Shown one piece after another: positions 1 to 10,145 of a DNA stretch of 64,000 bases. The translations under genes were made by a program, and so were the position numbers. Location of the stretch: contig CAXGSM010000004.1 of the NCBI GenBank assembly GCA_964012435.1, positions 10,711 through 74,710 on the forward strand. The letters run 5' to 3'. Below the pieces are notes generated by a model. The model saw nothing but the letters and a program-made list of their open reading frames with translations, made no database searches and was not told the origin of the DNA. Source of the DNA: an uncultured bacterium. GTDB lineage: Bacteria; UBP7; UBA6624. Numbering within the stretch: position 1 is the stretch's first letter; every line of letters starts with the position of its first letter.

Positions 1-102
1 AAGGTTTACGTTAACGAATCGATGGTTGGACATAAGTTGGGTGAATTTGCACTAACAAGAAGGTTTGGTGGTCATAAGAAGAAAAAGGATGAGGCAGCAT
101 GA
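1..102 (+). CDS. rpsS: 30S ribosomal protein S19, C-terminal part (5' truncated by window edge)
   Basis: My translation of frame 1: [33 protein letters not shown], containing the S19 motif MVGHKLGEF; the TGA overlaps the rplV ATG. Confidence 0.95.
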   Translation, partial: KVYVNESMVGHKLGEFALTRRFGGHKKKKDEAA

Positions 103-461
103 GCAAAGCAATGAAAGCAATGCCAAGATCTAAAGGTTTGAATTTACGGTGTAAGCCACAGATGATTAATCGTGCTGCTAAAAGAGTAAGGGGTATGGTT
201 GTTTCTGATGCGATAGTAAGACTTACAAGCCAAAATGACAAGGCGAGCAGGCTGTTGTTAAAGCTTTTGAATGAGGCCATTGCAAATGCTGAACACAATT
301 TAGAACTCCCAAGTGCAGGTCTTGTTATTTCTTGTATAAATGTTGGTAACGGTGTTGCGATGAAAAGATTTAGACCGGTAATGAGAGGTATGGCTCATAA
401 ATATAAAAAAAGAACTGCAAATGTTGAAATTATTTTAGGTACAGGTGAAGCTAATGGGTAA
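99..461 (+). CDS. rplV: 50S ribosomal protein L22
   Basis: AIANAEHN and KRFRPVMRG motifs; position between rpsS and rpsC. Confidence 0.95.
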   Translation: MSKAMKAMPRSKGLNLRCKPQMINRAAKRVRGMVVSDAIVRLTSQNDKASRLLLKLLNEAIANAEHNLELPSAGLVISCINVGNGVAMKRFRPVMRGMAHKYKKRTANVEIILGTGEANG

Positions 462-1122
462 TAAAATAAATGCTAATGGTTTTAGAGTAGGCGTCTACCA
501 CAAAGCTACTAAAACTGGTAGAGGCTGGAATGCTACCTGGTTTCCTCAGAAAAACAAAGATTATGCTAAATTAATTGAAGCTGATGCTGTAATAAGAAGA
601 GTCATTGCTAAGAGACACAAAGACTCTGCTGTTCAAAAAGTTGAAATCATAAGAACTGTTGCCCCGAGAGGTTCTGATATTGTAGAAATTGCAGTTCATA
701 CCGCTAGGCCAGGAGCTCTTATTGGAAAAAAGGGAGCCTCAATAGATGCAACTGTTACACACCTTAAAGGTCTTTTGCCAGATCAAAGAATAACAATAAA
801 AGCAGTTGAGATCAGAGAACCTGATATATATGCAAATGTTGTTGCTGACTCTGTCAGAAGGCAGCTTGAAGCGAGAAAAGCAACTAGGCGAATTATGAAG
901 CAGGTTGTTGATGCTGCTATTGCTGGAGGAGCAAAAGGTTGTAAGCTTGAGATTGCAGGAAGGGTTGATGGTGCTGAGATAGCAAGAACTATGAAGTATT
1001 CTGAAGGTTCAATACCTAGACACACCTTAAGGGCAAATGTTGATTTTGGATTTGCTGAAGCTTGGACTAAATATGGAATACTAGGTGTAAAGGTATGGAT
1101 ACATCGGGAGGATGATGATTAA
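454..1122 (+). CDS. rpsC: 30S ribosomal protein S3
   Basis: [13 protein letters not shown] start (ATG 454 preferred over GTG 445), RPGALIGKKG KH motif, GRVDGAEIAR, YGILGVKVWI. Confidence 0.97.
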   Translation: MGNKINANGFRVGVYHKATKTGRGWNATWFPQKNKDYAKLIEADAVIRRVIAKRHKDSAVQKVEIIRTVAPRGSDIVEIAVHTARPGALIGKKGASIDATVTHLKGLLPDQRITIKAVEIREPDIYANVVADSVRRQLEARKATRRIMKQVVDAAIAGGAKGCKLEIAGRVDGAEIARTMKYSEGSIPRHTLRANVDFGFAEAWTKYGILGVKVWIHREDDD

Positions 1123-1559
1123 TGCCTTTACTCCAACCAAAAAGATGGAAATATTTAAAAGCCTTTAGAGGAAGAAATAGAGGTAAGTCGATTAGAGGAA
1201 ACAAACTTGCTTTTGGTGAGTTTGGAGTTAGAGCTAATGGTAATGGGAGGATGACATCTAGACAGATAGAAGCTATTCGTGTTTTGATAAGAAGACGTGT
1301 TGGAGATAAGGCAAAAATGTGGACAAGAGTTTTTCCGGACCTTCCCATAACCAAACACCCTTTAGAGGCAAGAATGGGTAAGGGTAAAGGTGCTGTTGAA
1401 AGATATGAAGCAAGAATCAAAAGAGGACAAGTTCTTTTTGAGGTTGCAGGTGTTCCTAGCGAACAGGCAAAGAATGCTTTGTCAAAAGTTAGACACAAGA
1501 TAAGTATTCCTGTTAGTGTAATCACTTTGAAAAGCGGAGAGGGTAAACCATGGCAATAA
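1122..1559 (+). CDS. rplP: 50S ribosomal protein L16
   Basis: LQPKR start, RVFPDLPITKHPLEARMGKGKG. Confidence 0.97.
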   Translation: MPLLQPKRWKYLKAFRGRNRGKSIRGNKLAFGEFGVRANGNGRMTSRQIEAIRVLIRRRVGDKAKMWTRVFPDLPITKHPLEARMGKGKGAVERYEARIKRGQVLFEVAGVPSEQAKNALSKVRHKISIPVSVITLKSGEGKPWQ

Positions 1560-1753
1560 AGAAAAAAGAGTTTGATAAGCTTTCTTCAATGAAGAATTCA
1601 AAATTGGTAGAAGAGGTAAGAAAAGCAAAAAAAGAATTAATGGAAATTAGATTTGATTCAGCTAGGTCAGGCACTGCTCCAGCTGGAAAGATTAGATCTT
1701 TAAAAAAGAAAATAGCTAGAGCTAAAACTTTAATTGGGAGAAATTCAAAATGA
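1550..1753 (+). CDS. rpmC: 50S ribosomal protein L29
   Basis: KKELMEIRF and IRSLKKKIARAKT; synteny. Confidence 0.93.
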   Translation: MAIKKKEFDKLSSMKNSKLVEEVRKAKKELMEIRFDSARSGTAPAGKIRSLKKKIARAKTLIGRNSK

Positions 1754-1995
1754 CACAGCAAAAATTACAGGGTAAAGTTATCAAGCTGAGTGGAGAAAAG
1801 AGTGTTAAGGTTTTGGTTACAAGGCAAACTATTCATCCAAAATTTAAAAAAAGATTAATGAGGTCTAAGAAATATTTGGTTCATGATGAAAAAGGAAGCT
1901 CAAAAGTAGGAGATTTTGTTGAAATCATTTCATGTCTTCCTGTTTCAAAAAAGAAAAGTTTCAAAATAAATAAAATTTTAGAGGGAAAGAAGTGA
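1750..1995 (+). CDS. rpsQ: 30S ribosomal protein S17
   Basis: HPKFKK...SKKYLVHDE...GDFVEI...PVSKKK. Confidence 0.96.
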   Translation: MTQQKLQGKVIKLSGEKSVKVLVTRQTIHPKFKKRLMRSKKYLVHDEKGSSKVGDFVEIISCLPVSKKKSFKINKILEGKK

Positions 1996-2360
1996 TTCAG
2001 CAAGAAAGTATTTTAAACTGTGCCGATAACTCTGGGGCAAGAAGGCTTCAGTGCATACGTGTCCTTGGTGGAACTAGAAAAAGATATGCTCATATTGGTG
2101 ATGTTATTGTCTGCTCTATTAAATCAGCTTTACCAGAAGGTATGGTTCAAAAGAAACAAATTGTTAGAGCTGTTGTTGTTAGAACTGTTTCTAAAACAAA
2201 AAGAAAGGATGGAAGCAATATTAGATTCGATGATAATGCATGTGTCATATTGAATGAAGATGGCACACCTAGGGGTACAAGGATATTTGGCCCTGTTGGA
2301 AGAGAGCTTAGGCATAAGCTTTTTGCAAAAATTATTTCATTAGCACCGGAGGTTCTTTAA
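1992..2360 (+). CDS. rplN: 50S ribosomal protein L14
   Basis: MIQQES...[31 protein letters not shown] start. Confidence 0.98.
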   Translation: MIQQESILNCADNSGARRLQCIRVLGGTRKRYAHIGDVIVCSIKSALPEGMVQKKQIVRAVVVRTVSKTKRKDGSNIRFDDNACVILNEDGTPRGTRIFGPVGRELRHKLFAKIISLAPEVL

Positions 2361-2668
2361 TGGTAAAGAGAATAAAGGTAGGAGATAAAGTTAAAGTTAT
2401 TGCAGGAAATGACTCTGGCCAAGAAGGCGAGGTGGCCTTAATAAAAGGTGAAAGGGCAATCGTAAAAGGTCTTGGGCTTCTAGTGAGACACAGGAAAAAA
2501 AGCGGAGAAGAGGGTTCAGAGGGCTCAAAGGATGAAATATCAAGACCGATACATGTGTCAAATTTAATGCCAATTGATTCAAAGGGCAAAGCAACAAGGG
2601 TGTCTGTAAAAACTGGAAAAGATGGAACAAAAAATAGATTATCCAAAAAGTCAGGAGTAACTTTTTAA
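2360..2668 (+). CDS. rplX: 50S ribosomal protein L24
   Basis: KOW motif IKVGDKVKVIAGND; PIHVSNL. Confidence 0.96.
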   Translation: MVKRIKVGDKVKVIAGNDSGQEGEVALIKGERAIVKGLGLLVRHRKKSGEEGSEGSKDEISRPIHVSNLMPIDSKGKATRVSVKTGKDGTKNRLSKKSGVTF

Positions 2669-3201
2669 TGAGATTGACAGAAGATTTAATAGAACAGTTG
2701 AAAGAAAAGTTGGGAAGAGACAATGTTATGTCTCTTCCAGCTTTAGAGAAAGTTGTTGTTAATGTTGGTGTTGGGGACGCTGCCGCAGACAAAAAACTTT
2801 TGACCCCAGTCATTGAGCACTTGGAGATAGTGACTGGACAAAAGGCAGTTGTAACAAAAGCGAGAAAATCTGTTGCGGGTTTCAAATTAAGAGAAGGTCA
2901 GCCGATAGGTGCAAAAGTCACCTTGCGTGGTGCGAAAATGAATGATTTTATTACAAGGTTGATCTCTGTTGTGATTCCAAGAGTTAGAGATTTTCGTGGC
3001 CTAGATAGAAACATGGATGGCAATGGAAATCTTACAGTGGCATTAAAAGAACAATCTGTATTTCCTGAAATACCTTTTGACAAAATAGGCAACAGGGTAA
3101 GAGGTTTTTCTATAACCTTTGTAACAACTTCTAATAAGGATGAGGATGGGGAAGCTCTTCTTGAATCAATGGGTCTTCCGTTTAAGGAGAAAGAAGAATA
3201 A
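2668..3201 (+). CDS. rplE: 50S ribosomal protein L5
   Basis: [36 protein letters not shown]. Confidence 0.98.
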   Translation: MRLTEDLIEQLKEKLGRDNVMSLPALEKVVVNVGVGDAAADKKLLTPVIEHLEIVTGQKAVVTKARKSVAGFKLREGQPIGAKVTLRGAKMNDFITRLISVVIPRVRDFRGLDRNMDGNGNLTVALKEQSVFPEIPFDKIGNRVRGFSITFVTTSNKDEDGEALLESMGLPFKEKEE

Positions 3202-3386
3202 TGGCAAAAAAATCAATGATTGCTAAGCAAAAGAGAAAACAAAAATACTCCACTAGAGCTTACAACAGATGTAGCATATGCGGCAGGCCTCGAGGCTATA
3301 TGAGGATGTTTGGAATTTGCAGAATTTGTTTTAGGGAGATGGCTCATAATGGTGAAATTCCAGGAGTAAGGAAGGCAAGCTGGTGA
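3201..3386 (+). CDS. rpsZ: 30S ribosomal protein S14, short zinc-binding (type Z) form
   Basis: 61 aa; [10 protein letters not shown]...CRICFRE with two CxxC; ends KASW. Confidence 0.97.
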   Translation: MAKKSMIAKQKRKQKYSTRAYNRCSICGRPRGYMRMFGICRICFREMAHNGEIPGVRKASW

Positions 3387-3796
3387 CACATTCAGATCCA
3401 ATATCAGATTTATTAATAAGAATTAAAAACGCTGGAAACAGGAGTCATAGTTCAACAAAAATACCTCATTTCAATTTTGGAGAAGACATTTTGAAGGTTC
3501 TTGCTTCTGAGGGTTGGATTAACGGATATCAAACCATAGGCGAAAAGCAACCTGGTAAATTTTTAGTTGTTAGTTTGAAATACACTATTTCAGAATCTGG
3601 AGACAGGATACCGTTAATTCAAAATCTAAAAAGAATAAGCAAGCCAAGCAGAAGAGTCTATTTAAAAAGAGATGAAGTTAAAAGAGTCATAAATGGCTTA
3701 GGAACTGGTTTAATTTCAACATCACAAGGTCTTTTAGCTGACAGAGAAGCAAAAAAGAAAGGCTTGGGTGGCGAATATGTGGCGGTGATAACATGA
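3383..3796 (+). CDS. rpsH: 30S ribosomal protein S8
   Basis: [31 protein letters not shown]. Confidence 0.97.
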   Translation: MTHSDPISDLLIRIKNAGNRSHSSTKIPHFNFGEDILKVLASEGWINGYQTIGEKQPGKFLVVSLKYTISESGDRIPLIQNLKRISKPSRRVYLKRDEVKRVINGLGTGLISTSQGLLADREAKKKGLGGEYVAVIT

Positions 3797-4320
3797 GCAG
3801 GATAGGCAGAAAGGCAATAGTGCTTCCAATTGGAGTAGAAGTTACAGATTCTTCTTCTTTTGTAGAGGTGAAAGGTCCAAAAGGTGTCTTGAAGGTAAAC
3901 ACATTCAAGAATGTTTCTTTCAAAAAAGAAGGGAATAAAATTGTCGTTGAGAGCAAAGGCCAAAAGAAATTTCATGGGACTTTTAGGTCTTTGTTGGAGA
4001 ATGCCGTTATTGGTGTTTCTAAAGGCTTTAGTTATTCACTTGAGGCAGATGGTCCTGGTTACAGGGTTGCTGTATCTGGTAAAAAACTAACAATAAAAGC
4101 TGGCTATTCACATGATGTAATTTTAGAAATCCCTGAATTTGTAGATGTTGAAGTTACAAAAGGTGAAATAAAAATTTCTGGAATTTGCAAACACGATGTT
4201 GGGCATTTTTGTGACAAGGTTATGCAGGTTAGACCTGTTGAGCCATACAAGCTTCAAGGAATCAAGAGAAAAGATATAACTTACAACAAAAAGAAGAGAA
4301 GAGTTGTTGAGGCGGCTTAA
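3793..4320 (+). CDS. rplF: 50S ribosomal protein L6
   Basis: MSRIGRK, VKGPKG, HGTFRSL, RPVEPYK. Confidence 0.97.
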   Translation: MSRIGRKAIVLPIGVEVTDSSSFVEVKGPKGVLKVNTFKNVSFKKEGNKIVVESKGQKKFHGTFRSLLENAVIGVSKGFSYSLEADGPGYRVAVSGKKLTIKAGYSHDVILEIPEFVDVEVTKGEIKISGICKHDVGHFCDKVMQVRPVEPYKLQGIKRKDITYNKKKRRVVEAA

Positions 4321-4322
4321 GA

Positions 4323-4682
4323 ATGAAAGATTTTAGAAGATTAAAAAGAATTGCAAGACATAAAAGGATAAGAAGATCTTTAAATGGAACTGCATCACAG
4401 CCTAGATTAACTATTTTTAGAAGCCATAAAGAAATTTATGCTCAAATAATAGATGATGTCAGCAAGACTACATTATGTTCTGCTTCAACGATTGATAAAG
4501 AATTAAGAAAAAAATGTAATGATGCTAAGCCATTAGAGGCGGCTGAGCTTGTAGGTAAAACAATCGCAAAAAGAGCTGTTAAAAAAGGTGTTAAGAGTGT
4601 TGTCTTCGACAGAGGCGGCTATAAATATCACGGGAGGGTTGCTTCTTTAGCTAACGCAGTTAGAGAGGTTATTAATTTTTAA
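4323..4682 (+). CDS. rplR: 50S ribosomal protein L18
   Basis: [21 protein letters not shown]. Confidence 0.97.
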   Translation: MKDFRRLKRIARHKRIRRSLNGTASQPRLTIFRSHKEIYAQIIDDVSKTTLCSASTIDKELRKKCNDAKPLEAAELVGKTIAKRAVKKGVKSVVFDRGGYKYHGRVASLANAVREVINF

Positions 4683-5200
4683 TGAGATTTAAACAGAAAA
4701 AAGAAAAAGAGTTTCAGGAAAAAGTTATTCAGATAAGAAGAGTGAGTAAAACTGTAGCTGGAGGTAAGAGGTTCAGGTTTTCTGCTCTTGTTGTTGTGGG
4801 TGATGGAAAGGGGAGGTCTGGAATAGGCTTAGGAACTGCTGTCCAAACTCCTCAAGCTATAAGAAAAGCTGCAGCTGCTGCAGAGAAGAATCTTTACAAA
4901 TTGCCACTTGTGAATGGAACAATTGCCCATGAAGTTAAAGGAAAAATGGGTGCAAGCACAGTACATTTAATACCTGCTCCAGCTGGAACTGGTGTTATTG
5001 CTGGTGCTACAGTTAGGGCTTTATGTGAGGTTGCTGGTATTAAAAACATATATACCAAAATTAGAGGGGCAGCAACCCCACTTAATGCTGCTAAAGCAAC
5101 AATGAATGGTTTCAAGTCTTTAAGAGATCCAAAAAAATTGGCTGCTTTAAGAGGTGTTGACGTTAGCTCAATTTGGTTTATGAAGGAGATGCCTGAATAA
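4682..5200 (+). CDS. rpsE: 30S ribosomal protein S5
   Basis: RVSKTVAGGKRFRFSALVVVGD, PAPAGTGVIAG. Confidence 0.97.
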   Translation: MRFKQKKEKEFQEKVIQIRRVSKTVAGGKRFRFSALVVVGDGKGRSGIGLGTAVQTPQAIRKAAAAAEKNLYKLPLVNGTIAHEVKGKMGASTVHLIPAPAGTGVIAGATVRALCEVAGIKNIYTKIRGAATPLNAAKATMNGFKSLRDPKKLAALRGVDVSSIWFMKEMPE

Positions 5201-5634
5201 TGGATTATCAAGATTTAGTAAAAGTCAAAAAAGATCGTATTAGAGTTTCACGAGGCAAGGCTGCAAGAAGAGGTAAAACTGCTGGTAGGGGAATGAAAGG
5301 AACCAAGTCAAGAAGCGGTGGAAAGCTTCCAACGATGTTTTCCGGTGATAGTTTGCCTTATTACAGGAAGGCAAGAAGTTTGGGTGGTTTCAAAAATCGA
5401 AATTCAATCGTTTATCAGGTTGTTAATCTTTCAGATATAAATGCTGCTTTTGACGATGGCAAAAAGGTTACTATTAAACAATTGTTGAAAAAAGGACTTG
5501 TTAGAAAGAATAATTTGGTTAAATTACTTGGAAATGGAAAGATTGAAAAGAAAATTGAATTAACTGTAAATGCTGCAAGTAAAACTGCTATTCAAAAAAT
5601 TGAAAAAGCAGGGGGAAAAGTAACTATTAAATGA
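5200..5634 (+). CDS. rplO: 50S ribosomal protein L15
   Basis: RGKTAGRGMKGTKSRSG, VKLLGNG, KIEKAGG. Confidence 0.96.
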   Translation: MDYQDLVKVKKDRIRVSRGKAARRGKTAGRGMKGTKSRSGGKLPTMFSGDSLPYYRKARSLGGFKNRNSIVYQVVNLSDINAAFDDGKKVTIKQLLKKGLVRKNNLVKLLGNGKIEKKIELTVNAASKTAIQKIEKAGGKVTIK

Positions 5635-6914
5635 AAAAGCAGGCCCAAGCTGCAGTCAATGATGCATTGGCAAGTCCAGAATTAAAGAAGCGAATTTCTT
5701 TTGTTGCATTGGGCTTATTGATATTTTCTGCCGGAGGGCATGTCCCTCTCCCAGGTATAAACAATGATGCATTACAAAATCTGTTTAGCTCTGGTGGAGT
5801 TCTGGGATTATTAGATCTTTTCAGTGGTGGTTCACTTAAAAGATTTTCTATTTTTGCTTTAGGAATCATGCCTTATATTAATGCTAGTATCATGATGCAG
5901 GTTATGACATTTTGTTTTCCTGCTTTAGAGGAAATACAAAAAGAAAGAGGCATGGAGGGGAGAATACTTATTGGTAAGTGGACTAAATACTTGACAATAT
6001 TCATTGCTTTTATTCAGTCTTATAGTTTTTTAGCCTTGTTCAAGGCCCAAAAAATTCTTGTCAGGGAGAGCCCTTTAGATTTATTTGTAATCATGATTAC
6101 CTTGGTTGCAGGAACTTCTTTTCTGATGTGGTTAGGAGATGAAATGACTGAAAGAGGCATCGGCAACGGGGTCTCTCTTTTGATCTTTGCAGGAATAGTT
6201 ATGAGCTTGCCAACAGCACTTGCCCAACAGTTTAAAATTGCTCAGCAAAATGTTGCTCAGGTGGGTCCGTTTGTGCTTTTTGGCATTTTTGTTCTTTTGA
6301 TGATTGGTGTAATAGTGTATATGCAGCTTGCAGAGAGAAGGATACCTATAAGATATTCAACAAGAACTGTTGGTCAACGCGTTATCGGTGGACAAGTTTC
6401 TTATTTGCCGGTAAGGGTAGATATTGCTGGTGTTATACCTATAATTTTTGCGATTTCAGCACTTTTGATACCGCAAACTATAGCCAACTTTCTTCCTCAA
6501 GATCATCCTTTTGCAATTAGCATTGGGCAATTTCTCTCAAACTGGGGCTATTATGCCACTTTAGCAATTTTGACTTTCTTTTTTACTTTCTTGTATTCTT
6601 CAATAAGTTTTAAACCTGAAGATATAGCCAAGAATTTAAAAAAAGCTGGTGGTTTTATACCTGGAATAAGGCCTGGAAAACAGACTCAAGAATACATTCA
6701 ACAAATTCAGGAAAAGATTACCTTCTTGGGTGGTGTATGGCTTGCTCTTATAGCTGTTTTGCCAATTTTGATTGCTAATGCTGCAGGAGTCTCGTCATTT
6801 GCGATAGGTGGAACTGGATTGCTTATTGTTGTTGGTGTTAGCCTTGACACCATGAGGCAGCTTGAAGCACATGTTGTAAGTAGACAATACAAAGGTTTTA
6901 TGAAAACAAGATGA
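5631..6914 (+). CDS. secY: Preprotein translocase subunit SecY
   Basis: SIFALGIMPYINASI, GIGNGVSLLIFAGI, FIPGIRPG, GGTGLLIVVGV; about 10 hydrophobic segments. Confidence 0.98.
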   Translation: MKKQAQAAVNDALASPELKKRISFVALGLLIFSAGGHVPLPGINNDALQNLFSSGGVLGLLDLFSGGSLKRFSIFALGIMPYINASIMMQVMTFCFPALEEIQKERGMEGRILIGKWTKYLTIFIAFIQSYSFLALFKAQKILVRESPLDLFVIMITLVAGTSFLMWLGDEMTERGIGNGVSLLIFAGIVMSLPTALAQQFKIAQQNVAQVGPFVLFGIFVLLMIGVIVYMQLAERRIPIRYSTRTVGQRVIGGQVSYLPVRVDIAGVIPIIFAISALLIPQTIANFLPQDHPFAISIGQFLSNWGYYATLAILTFFFTFLYSSISFKPEDIAKNLKKAGGFIPGIRPGKQTQEYIQQIQEKITFLGGVWLALIAVLPILIANAAGVSSFAIGGTGLLIVVGVSLDTMRQLEAHVVSRQYKGFMKTR

Positions 6915-7552
6915 TGAGCGATTTGAAAGATATGAATTTAGTATTACTAGGAGCTCCTGGTGCTGGTAAAGGCACCCAGGCTAAAAAGATTATAAAAAAA
7001 TATGGCTTGACACATGTTTCAACTGGCGACATTATTCGAAGCGAAATTAGCTCTAAATCTGATTTAGGAAAAGAGGTTCAAGAAATTGTTTCAAATGGCA
7101 ATTTGGTTTCTGATGGTTTGGTTTTCAAACTGCTTAAAAGAAAAATAGAAACATGCAAGAACGGTTGTCTTTTTGATGGCTTCCCTAGAACTACAAATCA
7201 GGCAGATATGCTAAATTCAGAAATTGAAATTAGTAAGGTCTTATTTATAGATGTTAATGATGAGGTGATTATAGAGAGGATAACAGGTAGGAGACTTGAT
7301 CCTGAGACAGGAAATATTTATCATATTCAATTCAATCCGCCAGCTGAAGAGATTAAATCAAGGCTCATCCAGAGAAAAGACGATACATATGAAGTTGCAC
7401 AAAGCAGATTAGATATTTATAGAAGGGAAACTGAACCTTTAGTTGCTATGTACGCTTCTAAAGGCATGTTAACAAAAATTGACGGAAATGGAACACCTGA
7501 TGAGGTGGAAGAAAAGATTGCGAATGAATTGCTTAATGGAGTCAGGGTTTAA
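6911..7552 (+). CDS. adk: Adenylate kinase
   Basis: GAPGAGKGTQA P-loop, STGD, DGFPRT, LID region without Zn cysteines. Confidence 0.97.
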   Translation: MMSDLKDMNLVLLGAPGAGKGTQAKKIIKKYGLTHVSTGDIIRSEISSKSDLGKEVQEIVSNGNLVSDGLVFKLLKRKIETCKNGCLFDGFPRTTNQADMLNSEIEISKVLFIDVNDEVIIERITGRRLDPETGNIYHIQFNPPAEEIKSRLIQRKDDTYEVAQSRLDIYRRETEPLVAMYASKGMLTKIDGNGTPDEVEEKIANELLNGVRV

Positions 7553-7821
7553 TGAAATCTGAAAACAAAATAGAAGTGAAAGGAAAGGTCATCAAGGCTC
7601 TTCCTGGAGGTAGGTTTTTAGTTGAGGTGAATGGCAAGCATAAAGTTACTTCTCATATCGCGGGAAGAATAAGAAAATTTTTCATTCAGGTGATGGCAGG
7701 TGACATGGTTAAATTAGAAATATCTCCTTATGACCCAACCAAAGGAAGGATCATTTACAGGTACTATGACGAAAACGAGTCAATTGAAGAGGATCTAAAG
7801 GAGAAAGAAGATGAAAGTTAG
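7552..7821 (+). CDS. infA: Translation initiation factor IF-1 with an acidic C-terminal extension
   Basis: [29 protein letters not shown]. Confidence 0.96.
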   Translation: MKSENKIEVKGKVIKALPGGRFLVEVNGKHKVTSHIAGRIRKFFIQVMAGDMVKLEISPYDPTKGRIIYRYYDENESIEEDLKEKEDES

Positions 7822-7924
7822 AAGTTCAGTTAAACGTATATGTGACCAATGTAGAACAGTAAAAAGAAAAGGAGTCCTTCATGTTGTATGTCCAAATAGA
7901 AGATGTAGGCAAAGACAGGGATAA
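7811..7924 (+). CDS. rpmJ: 50S ribosomal protein L36 (not in the ORF track)
   Basis: My translation: [37 protein letters not shown] (37 aa); position between infA and rpsM. Confidence 0.97.
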   Translation: MKVRSSVKRICDQCRTVKRKGVLHVVCPNRRCRQRQG

Positions 7925-7933
7925 GGAGTATTT

Positions 7934-8299
7934 ATGGCAAGAATAGCAGGTTTTGAAATTCCAGACAACAAGGTTGCGTGGATAGGTTTGACTTCAATTT
8001 ATGGAATCGGTCCTACAACCGCCAAGAAAATCTTAAAAAAGGCTAGTATTTCTTCTGAGACACGAATCAAAGACCTTAATGATTCTGATTTAGTTAACAT
8101 AAGGGGCGTTATAGAAAAAGACTGCCTTATAGGAGCTGAGCTTAGAGAGAAGCTTCAGAAAGATGTTCAAAGGCTTATTGATATTAAATGTTACAGAGGA
8201 AATAGAAGAATAAAAGGTTTACCGTGTAGAGGTCAAAAAACTCAAAAGAATGCTAGATCACATAAAGGTTCTAGAAGAAGTGCTATAAGGAGAAAATAA
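7934..8299 (+). CDS. rpsM: 30S ribosomal protein S13
   Basis: MARIAG, LTSIYGIG, GLPCRGQKT; AAGGAG SD upstream. Confidence 0.97.
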   Translation: MARIAGFEIPDNKVAWIGLTSIYGIGPTTAKKILKKASISSETRIKDLNDSDLVNIRGVIEKDCLIGAELREKLQKDVQRLIDIKCYRGNRRIKGLPCRGQKTQKNARSHKGSRRSAIRRK

Positions 8300-8700
8300 T
8301 GGCAAAAGGTAAAAAAGTAAAAGCAAAAGTTAAAAAGAAAAAGAAGCTTCATGTACCTGTGGGTAGATTGTTTGTAACATCAACTTATAACAACACTGTT
8401 ATAACTTTAACTGATGTAGATGGCAATGTTCTTTCTTGGTCTTCAGGTGGTCATATTGGCTACAAGGGAGCAAGAAAAGCAACTGCCTTCTCAGCCCAGC
8501 AAGCTGCAGAGAAGTTGATTGATTTGGCTTTAAGTCAATTTCAAATGAAAAAATTATCGATTATGAGCAAAGGTCCAGGTTTGGGCAGAGAGCCTGTAAT
8601 CAGGTCATTTCAAGGTTCTCCAATTGAAGTGACTTCAATAAAAGATGTAACTCCTAGGCCACACAATGGCACTAGAGACCGTAGTATAAAGAGGAAATAA
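8299..8700 (+). CDS. rpsK: 30S ribosomal protein S11
   Basis: STYNNTVITLTD, KGPGLGRE, DVTPRPHNG. Confidence 0.97.
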   Translation: MAKGKKVKAKVKKKKKLHVPVGRLFVTSTYNNTVITLTDVDGNVLSWSSGGHIGYKGARKATAFSAQQAAEKLIDLALSQFQMKKLSIMSKGPGLGREPVIRSFQGSPIEVTSIKDVTPRPHNGTRDRSIKRK

Positions 8701-8704
8701 AGAA

Positions 8705-9697
8705 ATGATTGAATTTGAACCAATAAAAATAAATTTAGTTGAAGAAAGCGAAGATGCTTCTTCTGCTGTAGTTGAATTGTGGCCTTTAGTTAGAGGCTGG
8801 GGAGAGACTGTAGGTACGGCATATCGTAGGGTTTTAATGTCAAGTGTGTCAGGAACATCTGCGACTTTTATCTATTTTAAAGATTGTGAACATAAGAAAA
8901 AATCTTTTCATGTTTATCATGAATATCAAAATCTGCCTGGTGTTAGAGAGGCAGTGATTGAGATAACTCAAAACATCAGAGCTGCAAGTTTTGTGCTTGA
9001 TGAAGAGACTGAAATGGTTACAGTTGAATTAACAGCAAGTAAGCCAGGACCTGTAACTGCTGGAATGATATCTGCTCATCCAGGTTTTAAAGTTGTAAAC
9101 CCTGATGAGGTTTTGTTTCACTTGGAAGAGGAAACCAATATTACGTTAAAGATTGGAATGAAGAAAAATCGTGGCTTCATCCCTGCTACACAATTGAGAC
9201 CTTCTGACGTTAGCAAGGATTGGAAATCAAGGTCAAGTTTTCCTGCTGGTGTTATTCGTATTGATTGTTCTCACAGCCCAGTTATCAATGTTTTTCCTGA
9301 AACTGTTCAGGAGAGAGTTGGTGAAGACGGTTCCTATCAAAGGTTGAGACTTTCTATGTCTGTTAAAGATGGTTATAGGTGCGAAGATGCTTTTAAAGAG
9401 GCGACAGAGATGTTAAAAACTCATTTTGAAAGAATATCATTTGATGATTGGCATGTTGATTTTGATCTTTATTCCAAAAAGGATGAAGATGAGGTTAAAA
9501 CATTTAGACCTCTGTCTGAGCTTGGTTTGAGGCCAAGGACTGAAAATGCTTTAAGAAACAATGGTATTGACACCATAGATAGCTTAGAGATGGTGACAAG
9601 AAAAGGTTTGAAATCTTTAAGCAGGGTAGGAGAAGTTGCCCAGAGAGAGGTTTTAGACAAGATGGCAAAAGTAGGATTAAGTTTAAGGGAAGAGTAA
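8705..9697 (+). CDS. rpoA: DNA-directed RNA polymerase subunit alpha (divergent)
   Basis: PLVRGWGETVGTAYRRVLMSS, HEYQNLPGVRE, alpha-CTD-like LSELGLRPRTENAL; between rpsK and rplQ. Confidence 0.93.
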   Translation: MIEFEPIKINLVEESEDASSAVVELWPLVRGWGETVGTAYRRVLMSSVSGTSATFIYFKDCEHKKKSFHVYHEYQNLPGVREAVIEITQNIRAASFVLDEETEMVTVELTASKPGPVTAGMISAHPGFKVVNPDEVLFHLEEETNITLKIGMKKNRGFIPATQLRPSDVSKDWKSRSSFPAGVIRIDCSHSPVINVFPETVQERVGEDGSYQRLRLSMSVKDGYRCEDAFKEATEMLKTHFERISFDDWHVDFDLYSKKDEDEVKTFRPLSELGLRPRTENALRNNGIDTIDSLEMVTRKGLKSLSRVGEVAQREVLDKMAKVGLSLREE

Positions 9698-9698
9698 G

Positions 9699-10145
9699 AT
9701 GAGACATTTGTTACACAAGAGAAAGTTAGGGTTTGGAAAAAACAGATCAAAAGGCGCACGTAATGCTCTTTTAAGAAATTTTGCGGCATCTTTAATTCTT
9801 GATGGGAAAATTGAAACAACTTTTGCAAAGGCAAAAGTAATTAATTCTTACGTTGACTCAATTGCATCGAGAGCAAAAAAATCAAATGATAAAAATAATA
9901 TAAGATATATTTTGAGAAAATTACCTTCAGGTCAGCTTGGTGAAAAAGCTTCAAGAAAATTGTTCTCTATCGTTTCTAAACTTTCAAGATCTACAGGTTT
10001 CTTTAGGGTTATAAAAACTCAAACAAGATTAGGTGATTCTTCTCAGATGGCTATAGTCTCATGGGTAGATGATATTGACCAGGATATTAGTGCATCAGAT
10101 TCAGAATCAGCAAAAAAAGAAGAGGTGAACGATAATGATAAATAA
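9699..10145 (+). CDS. rplQ: 50S ribosomal protein L17
   Basis: MRH...RKLG, IETTFAKAK, RLGDSSQMA. Confidence 0.95.
   Translation: MRHLLHKRKLGFGKNRSKGARNALLRNFAASLILDGKIETTFAKAKVINSYVDSIASRAKKSNDKNNIRYILRKLPSGQLGEKASRKLFSIVSKLSRSTGFFRVIKTQTRLGDSSQMAIVSWVDDIDQDISASDSESAKKEEVNDNDK

Noticed and set aside
1067..5211. Several minus-strand ORFs of 100-160 aa within the ribosomal operon
   Set aside because: Antisense shadows of conserved ribosomal protein genes
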